A stretch of 59,045 bases of DNA, filler included, from Dugesia japonica (taxonomy: Eukaryota): the NCBI GenBank assembly GCA_001938525.1. It is 6 parts of 6 records of this genome, joined end to end, with 100 filler letters (N's around TTAATTAATTAA, not from the genome) between each part and the next. Parts side by side here need not be neighbours in the genome. Positions count along the whole stretch, not along the records: positions 45,015 to 59,045 come from MQRL01621798.1; 5 more parts are not named here. The stretch is one strand, 5' to 3'. Shown here piece after piece: positions 51,089-59,045 of this stretch (position 1 is the first letter of the stretch; the number at the start of each line of letters is the position of its first letter). Below the pieces are notes generated by a model, which ran no database searches, was not told the origin of the DNA, and worked only from the letters and a program-made list of their open reading frames with translations. The position numbers were made by a program, and so were the translations under genes.

Positions 51089-51400
51089 GGATATTCTCGG
51101 TGAAATTAATCAATGGCAATCAAATAAATTTGATTCTATATTAGAAATAAATACGCTTTCATTAGAAAAATTATGGTCAAATATTCTTAAAAATTCTCAA
51201 CATCCAATTTCAATAGATCCAGATCAGTTTATAACTCAATCCTTTGCATATTTAAGTATTGAAAATGAAAATGTAATGAGCAAGTTTTAAACTAAATGAA
51301 AATTTTATTTTTTTTCTATTATTTAGGCGAAGTCTCGTGCACATAGTGAGATTAGTAATTATGTACCAACAAAAGAATCTACTTCAGTACATACAAAAAT
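51089..51400 (+). CDS. Two probable host-gene exons (51089-51272, 51327-51400), product unidentified
   Basis: ttatttag/ acceptors, /gtaatg and /gtaagt donors, 54-nt intron, frame preserved: DILGEINQWQ...LSIENEN-AKSRAHSEISNYVPTKESTSVHTK. Confidence 0.7.
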
Positions 51401-51974
51401 GTAAGTATTATGTCTTTTAATCGTGATATGATTTCGATTATTGAAATTTCTAGTTAAATATGTAAGATATAATTATACTCTAATTTTTAGCNNNNNNNNN
51501 NNNNNNNNNNNNNNNNNNNNNNNNNNNNNNNNNNNNNNNNNNNNNNNNNNNNNNNNNNNNNNNNNNNNNNNNNNNNNNNNNNNNNNNNNNNNNNNNNNNN
51601 NNNNNNNNNNNNNNNNNNNNNNNNNNNNNNNNNNNNNNNNNNNNNNNNNNNNNNNNNNNNNNNNNNNNNNNNNNNNNNNNNNNNNNNNNNNNNNNNNNNN
51701 NNNNNNNNNNNGTCTTCAGGAATTGACTTTTACAATGGTTATGTCCAACAATTATTGTCGCAATAATTGCAATTGTAAAACAATATTAATTATAATGATA
51801 TAAATTTTCAAAATACAGTAAAACATGTTACACTCCTCTGTAAGCGCAAGAACTTTTCAATTTTAGAATGTTCATTCTTGACNNNNNNNNNNNNNNNNNN
51901 NNNNNNNNNNNNNNNNNNNNNNNNNNNNNNNNTTTAAAGGAAATCCCAAATTATAATTTTAATAATATTCATTC

Positions 51975-52121
51975 TTTTAAAATAAAAGCTTCGATCAAAA
52001 TTTTTGTTTGATTTTATTGATATTTGATAACAATTCGATATTTCGACCTTGTNGTCTTCAGGAATTGACTTTTACAATGGTTATGTCCAACAATTATTGT
52101 CGCAATAATTGCAATTGTAAA
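51975..52121 (-). ncRNA. Hammerhead repeat copy (ribozyme 52031-52067) joined to an inverted piece of its own distal segment
   Basis: CAAUUC-CUGAAGA..ACAAGGUC-GAAAU-AUC/GAAUUG (one N); 52074-52121 is the reverse complement of 48589-48634. A partial duplicate lies at 51712-51780. Confidence 0.72.
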
Positions 52122-52260
52122 ACAATATTAATTATAATGATATAAATTTTCAAAATACAGTAAAACATGTTACACTCCTCTGTAAGCGCAAGAACTTTTC
52201 AATTTTAGAATGTTCATTCTTGACATGTTTTTTTATCTATAAAATGAGTTAAAAATTTAA

Positions 52261-53030
52261 TGAGATTGATGAACCTGTTATGATGCTATCAATTTGTCAA
52301 TTCTCGGCTTTATTTTTGTCAGCAACATTCTTAAATCAATGTGATTAACTATTTGAAGTCGATTTCTTTTTTTTTGTAACCGCAGTGAACCAGCGTTCCA
52401 CTAAATACGATGAAGGAAATGCAAGTAAAAACTTTTGTATTGCTTCTTGTAATCCAGGATAAGCTTCAGGAATCTGCTTTTGTAGCCAGAACTGTTGGTA
52501 CCCGCCTTTGAATTTAAATTTTGACTCATCATTTGTTTTTATTTTCACCAATTCTTCTGGTAATTTTAAAGATTCTGCCGTGTTAAAACTTGAAAACGGA
52601 TCCAAAACCCAATCGGGCATGTTCGTATTAAAAATATCTTCAAATTGTTGGTTAAAGTTTGTATAGAGAACATTCAAGTGCTAACAATAAGTAAGTCAGT
52701 CATTATCATTTTTTTCTAGTCATGCTAAATTTGCAAAATTGATTGGAAACTGGCTGAATTCCCCTGTTCAAAGATTTTGTTTGTATAGAAACATTTTTGC
52801 TACAAATCTCCTTGAAATTTCAGATTTGTTTCATTAAATTTATCAAACAAGTCTGTCAAATAAGCTTTTGGATTCGATTAATTTTACTCGAAAACCATCA
52901 TCTCTATTTTCTAGGAACTCTAGCACCGAGTTAAAGAGTTTATAAAATCGATTTAAACAAGCACCTTTTGACAACCAATTAACTTCTGTCAAATAGCAAG
53001 AAGCTATTAAAATCTTCATACTTTTCAATA
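52261..53030 (-). pseudogene. hAT Buster-type (SCAND3/ZBED8-like) transposase remnant
   Basis: TEVNWLSKGACLNRF, PDWVLDPF, GYQQFWLQ..YPGL..FLLAFPSSYLVER, ending TKIKPRIDKLI..QVHQSH. Confidence 0.92.
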
Positions 53031-54959
53031 CATATACAAGTTATATAGAGAACAAAGAGTTTTTTATATTCTCACATCATGAGCCATTTGATCGATTCTT
53101 CTTCTAACTGTATTATTGCTCAAAGATATGTTCTTGATGATACTAGAAGCCAGCTTTACAACTCTCTTTCTTACATCACTTATGACGGGTAAATTCAAGT
53201 TTTGAATAAAATTTATAATCATAAATATAACCAAATTTTAACCATCATCTGTTTTTACATGTTACTTTTACTATTTAATATATAATTTTAAATTTTTGTT
53301 ACAAATTCGTTTTAATCTCAAATGCAATTTATTTTTGATTAATTTAAAAATATGTTTATTTTCTTATTTCCTCACAAGAGTTTTGCCAACGGGGTTACAT
53401 CTTTTTATGAGATAAAATTTATTTTAGCTATACAAAATTTTCTAACAAAAAATTTTATTTCTTTTGTCTACGATTTTATTACTTCATTAATTTTATAAAA
53501 ACTTGACATTTAGATAATTGATATTAGCTTTTAAATAATTCCATTCCTAGTCATTTTGAAAATCATCATTGCCTAATGTAAGATAGATATTTATTAATAG
53601 TGAAATTAATTTGAGAAACTGTTGGAAGTCCAGTATTATTTAAATGAGATTTTGTTTTTCCATAATTATTTTTAATTTTATTATAAGAATATTTGTGACT
53701 GTAGCTATAGAAGAAAAAAAATCATTTTCAGACCTAAATCAAAAATCAATTTACTCTTTCGAAGAAAATTTAATTTACAAAAAAAGAAACTGGTTTTAGA
53801 TTATTCTCAAGTTGAAATAATTTGAAGAGAGTTGTAATTTTATGTACTAAATCATTAAGAAGAAAATGTTCGGAAAATTGGATGAGAAATGAGTATTTAT
53901 GGAAAGAATTTAATTCTTGATAAAAACGAAAGTCAATAATTTCGTGAGATTTGATGTAGTTTAGTGATAGTTTGGTTTAATTAAATCTAAATAGAACCTG
54001 TCTGGTTGGGTATGGGCGATTTTAACTTTTGATTTATATATGAGAATTCTTAGACAAATTCTATGAAATCTTCATATATTTCATAATTTTTAGCTAATAA
54101 TATTAATAGTAATAATAATAATAACAATAATAATAACAAATTACAATAATAATCACAATCATCAGAAGCATATTTATAATTATCAGATCAAATAAACAAC
54201 ACATTTAATTTTTATTAGGGGATGATACAGTGTGCAGAGTTTGTCAAGATATTTATTACATATTTTAAAATTACATCGGTATTTTGAAAACTCCACATTT
54301 TTTTGAAAAATTGTATTATATTCCGCTAAAATTATATTTTATTAAAAATTACCATTATTTAAAATTTCTATTAAAATTCTGTAGAAAAACATAATTATTA
54401 TCTATCGATTTATTTTATTTAGAAAAATGTGATATATTTATTTCTTTAAAAAGTGGATAATCCAACATAGATGTAAATTTAAACATATGTAATGAATTAA
54501 ATTTAATGATGAAATACGAGAAATGTATTAATCTAATTTTAGAGAAACATAAAATATTCTTAGAAATATCAACTTGAAATTAATTTTCATGACTATCTTT
54601 TTCGAATTTCCTTTGAAGTTATTAAATAAAACGTATTTCATTTGATATTTTGTTTTAAACGTATCAGTTTATGATGAATAAAACAAAATTAATTGAAAAA
54701 ATATTTTTTCACAAATGNNNNNNNNNNNNNNNNNNNNNNNNNNNNNNNNNNNNNNNNNNNNNNNNNNNNNNNNNNNNNNNNNNNNNNNNNNNNNNNNNAA
54801 ATTTAACATTAAGTCAAGCCTGTATGTATGGTAGATTATTATATAGGGTTTCCCGATTTATTATATATTGCTATGTATATTATTATATATTGCAATCAAT
54901 TAAATAATCTGTAAATATGTTGAAATGTTTTGATATTAGATTTAACAATACCGTCAATA

Positions 54960-55342
54960 CTTGTAACCATTGCGAAACCTAATATGAAAATTTTCAAACT
55001 AATTTTTTGTCATTATTATCTACTTCCAGATTACGATAAGAAAGTGAATAAGAAGAGAGTATCCTTTCACAATTTCTGTATTTTTGGTGCAACAGTAACT
55101 CTTTAAGAGCACCGTGGTATCTGTGGAGATAGCTGTGAATAGTACTCAGAGAAACTTTGACGCCAAACTTGTATAAAATCCAATTGGATAGAATAATGAG
55201 AGTTGATTAGCAATTTTTCAAATTTTTTAAATCTTATTCTAAACTTAGTTTAGATCTTCTGTCTACACCGCACTTTGAAGGCCATACTTCACCGGATTTT
55301 AAATATCTCCTGACAATTGTTTTAACTGTCCGATATTTTTTT
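54960..55342 (-). pseudogene. IS630/Tc1-like transposase N-terminal (HTH) remnant
   Basis: YRTVKTIVRRYLKSG..KCGVDRRSKLS..FGVKVSLSTIH..LKRVTVAP..RNCE. Confidence 0.6.
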
Positions 55343-56879
55343 NNNNNNNNNNNNNNNNNNNNNNNNNNNNNNNNNNNNNNNNNNNNNNNNNNNNNNNNNN
55401 NNNNNNNNNNNNNNNNNNNNNNTTTTTAAAGATTATTTAATTGATTCTAAAGAGTATTTAATAGATCAAAAAACCGTATAATTATTTTTTACTTACCAAA
55501 ATAAAAGTTGATCACAAATTTATTATATTCTTCATTATATATGAACTGGTAATGCTGACAGTCTTCCGTACATCTTACATAGATACATCATAACAAGAAT
55601 TAATAAAATAATATTTGGTTACATTTAATTTAATTTCTATAATATACAATTCAAATGTTCCGGATATTTTCCCCAAACCTCTGATGAATTGAAATAGTCA
55701 TTTAATATTTGAATTCTAGTATTATTTTTAATAATAGTAAAACTATAGTTTTAAATAAATTCTTGTATAAAAGTGAAACATATTTCGAAAAGGAGTTTTG
55801 TGTATCGAGAACACTAATTGATTTTAAAAATTGTATTAAAAATATTAAAAAATCAATATATGAAAGAAAATATTTCGTCAAATTCTAAATGTAAATTAAA
55901 TTATTTTCAGTTTAAATAAATTATTTAAAAATTTAATGATTTAGTATAATATCGTTGGGTATTGAAATTATCTCACGCCAGTACGTTAATATGCTAAATA
56001 GATTGGTGGTCGATTAGNNNNNNNNNNNNNNNNNNNNNNNNNNNNNNNNNTAAAAATATGAATTTAATTAATTACTAAATTTAAGTCTTAATCTTTTAAA
56101 ACTATTTTCTTGACTTCATTGATTAACCCATTTACGTCATCTCGAAAAGTTAAGGTTCAAACAGAAATAGGTGCTCTCTTTTTAAATTTTTGGTTTGGGT
56201 ATGTACGGATGACACAATATATTTTTATCCATTAATGTAAATAGGTTAAGATTAATAAAACTGAATTGGATATAAATTTGTATGGTTATTTTTATGTTTG
56301 TAAGTTATTTTTTAAAACCGCTTAACATAATTTCCTTTAGATTTCAATTCTTTTTTTGAATATTACTGTGTTTATTGTTTGTCAAATGTATTCACACTTT
56401 GTATTCACTACGGTTATAATTATATTTTCAATAGATTTTCATCACTAAATAAAAAACAAATATTTTTAATTAGATTTCATTTAATAGAGAATGTTTTCAT
56501 TATAATTCTTCGGAATTTAATGAAATAATTTATTTGAAGTTCTTGGAAAGAAAATTTCGGGAAATTTATAAATTTAACGATGTAGAATATAATTTTTCCC
56601 GCAATCTATTGTTAAAAATAACAAAGGCAATTATTATTTTTATTAAATTTAATCAAAATTTAAGTCAGTAATGTTTTCAATTTATACACATTTACATGTT
56701 CTTTAGCACCAAACAGATAGCATAATGCATAAAATAATTATTATTTGTAATACTGACATAAATGAGTATGACAATCATTTTAAACACACAGAAATTATTT
56801 TTATTTTTTAAAAAAATATTTTTTTTGAATAAATGCATGAAACTATTAACTTTAAAGTTTTTAACATTAAAGTTTTTAA

Positions 56880-57000
56880 CTTTAAATTGGAAATAAGCCA
56901 TTTCAAATATGGAAATAAAATTTTCAAATTGAGAATAAACAATTTCAAATTTGAAATAAACATTTTCACATTGGGAATAATTAATTTGAAGTTGAAAAAT
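56880..57000. repeat. Subterminal tandem repeats of the adjacent transposon
   Basis: Repeated ATTTCAAATTTGAAATAAAC / TTTTCAAATTGRGAATAA units. Confidence 0.6.
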
Positions 57001-57105
57001 GACAACTATACATTTATATATAAAATAAAAATTAAAAAAACAATCATTTTCATTAAATGCACAAAATGAGAATAAGTTATAGAACACATCTCAGCAAAAA
57101 AACCA

Positions 57106-58160
57106 TTAAAATCGAACATCTGTGATATTTAACGCATCAGGTATGAATCTTTGTATATGAGCGATATATTTGGTGCATTCCAAAATTGTTAGATTTCTTA
57201 TACTTTCTATTATTATGTCTTCTAAATGCTGTAAACGATACTCGGTTTTGGTGATATTGACTCTGTCTTCACCAGACAAAATTTGTGGCATTTGATTGGC
57301 TAAATCTCTTTTAATGTCAGCTTTTAAATTTGGCCAAGCATGCTCGATAGCATTAAACATTGGGCTATATGGTCAAAGTCTTAGCAATTGATGACCAACA
57401 AATTCATTTTCCTGAAAACTTCTTCGATTGAAGCATGACAAGTCGAATTATCAGTTACTAATATAACTGTTGATTGATACATATTTTGAGCATTCCGAAG
57501 GCAATGACGTCCTAATTCTTTGGTTTATGTCTTCTAGCTTCTTGAAAGCTCCCTTTCTAATTTCGTCATAAAGAAAATCCATATTCCCGATACATCTAAT
57601 AACATGTATATTCGCTCCTTTGCAGCATGCAGAAATGTGTACAACGACTTCCTTTTTTAGATCGACCATTTCTTTTTGATATAAATAAATTGAAGTTGGT
57701 CTAATCGATGTAGATAATGGGGATATTTTCTACTTGGTATTCTAAATGTTGTTGAGCATAATTACTCATTTTAGTTTTATTCTCAGTATTTGCTTTTTCA
57801 GGTTCCATATGAATATATTTTAATGTCAACAACACGCCAACTGTTTTCATAAACATTCCATAGAAATGTCAATTTGGTGATTTTCGTGAAATTTTTGTTT
57901 TAATTCTTTCAAAGTTATTCTAGGGTTTTCTTCAACATACTGCTACATAAAGATATGGTGTGCAGCAAAAATTTTAGATCTTCTCCTTCCACCACGTTGT
58001 TTTTCGTTTTCTTGTTGATTGATCTATCGATGAACGGTGGATCTTTTCACTCNTAAGGTATTTGCAGATGATCATCAGTCTGCATTGTTATTATACAATG
58101 CACAAAGTTGTTTTTTAATATTGTCAGGTTCTGCTTCTTTTGTGTGTCATTTTTCATTTA
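57106..58160 (-). pseudogene. IS630/Tc1-like (DDE_3) transposase, degenerate, near full length
   Basis: LANTL.VKRSTV..QRGGRRS; CKGANIHVI.CIG..EIRKGAFKK; GHQLLRL*PYSPMFNAIEHAW.NLKA. Confidence 0.85.
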
Positions 58161-58212
58161 CGATGATGTCGTATATATTTAATAATATAATATTTAATTG
58201 ATTTTTTAAAAC

Positions 58213-58330
58213 CATAATTATTAAAAATATAAGAAATCTAACAGTTGTGCAATGCACCAGATATATCGCTCATATTCAAAGATTCATACCAGATGCCTTA
58301 AATATGACGGATCTTAAATTTTAATGGTAT
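58213..58330 (+). repeat. Inverted copy of the 3' end of the same transposase
   Basis: IRNLTVVQCTRYIAHIQRFIPDALNMTDLKF* versus IRNLTILECTKYIAHIQRFIPDALNITDVRF* at 57106-57218. Confidence 0.85.
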
Positions 58331-59045
58331 TTTTGCTATAATTTTAATTTCATTTTTTCTTTTCAATAATTTATTCGTTTAATTTATTATTTTATTTAGT
58401 ATATATTAAATATTATGTTACATATTATAGTGTTATAATTATTCTTATTAATATTAATATCAGTTTTATAGTATCGATTTGTTATAAATTACCATCATCG
58501 AAGAATTTCTATGAACTTATCGATAACTACTTCATCTCAATTTCCTTTTTTTATCAGTTCCGTCTTTATTAAAAGCAATCTACGCTATTAAACTGAGATG
58601 ATTGAAAAGTTTAATTTATACTTCAATCTTTGTTGCTGCTATTTGATTATATAGTTTAAACACAAATTGTCGAATTTTATCAAATTCTCAATTTTCAAAT
58701 TTATTAATAATAGACATGACAAATATCTTCAATCACTCCACATCATACTATTGAACGTACTTGATTTTTATTTTCTAGTACATCCTGTATTCAAATCTTT
58801 TTAAAATTTTATAAACTTTTTTTTGTATCTATACAAATATAAATTTTATATATTGGATTGTGTGGAACGTTCGTGCCGATTTTTTTTGAAAATTCAAAAG
58901 TAACATTTAAATTCAAAATTCATTTACTAAATTACATTATTCACATTTTATTCCATAGCCTTAATCCTTCTTTCATGAAATTTAAAGATGCCATCCTTCC
59001 ATCAGGTTTTCTGGTGAAAAAATTATCAAGATGACTTTTTGTATC

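Noticed and set aside
51712-52223. Tandem hammerhead dimer (51712-51882 repeated at 52054-52223)
   Set aside because: The identical copies are bounded by N gaps and are probably an assembly duplication, so not counted as evidence for a dimeric ribozyme.

Overview
Very AT-rich eukaryotic (animal-like) draft-assembly DNA. It looks planarian-like, but the taxon cannot be proven from the sequence. The window is six unrelated scaffold pieces joined by artificial N44-TTAATTAATTAA-N44 spacers (10212-10311, 18823-18922, 27883-27982, 36343-36442, 44915-45014), so gene order across spacers is not biological. Most identifiable sequence is decayed mobile DNA. (1) Polinton/Maverick (adintovirus-like) endogenous virus pieces. 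Two divergent protein-primed family-B DNA polymerase genes (4682-8486, 23894-25777) share an unusual architecture: three N-terminal zinc fingers, a terminal-protein-like region, an OTU-like region, the polymerase, and a C-terminal C-x2-C-x3-H-x11-C tail. There is also a third pPolB fragment, packaging ATPase, retroviral-like integrase, minor capsid, pX-like and fibre-like genes, long TIRs ending in AG...CT termini, a ~230-bp palindrome, and a TIR-bounded non-coding derivative filled with four minisatellite arrays. (2) A short interspersed repeat carrying a minimal type-I hammerhead ribozyme of the Penelope-like-element kind, with about 7 full, partial or degenerate copies on four scaffolds. 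(3) Ty3/Gypsy, Tc1/mariner/IS630, pogo-like and hAT remnants and MITEs. (4) Two probable host exons at 51089-51400. No rRNA, tRNA or CRISPR array was found. Family assignments come from motif recognition by eye, not from database searches.
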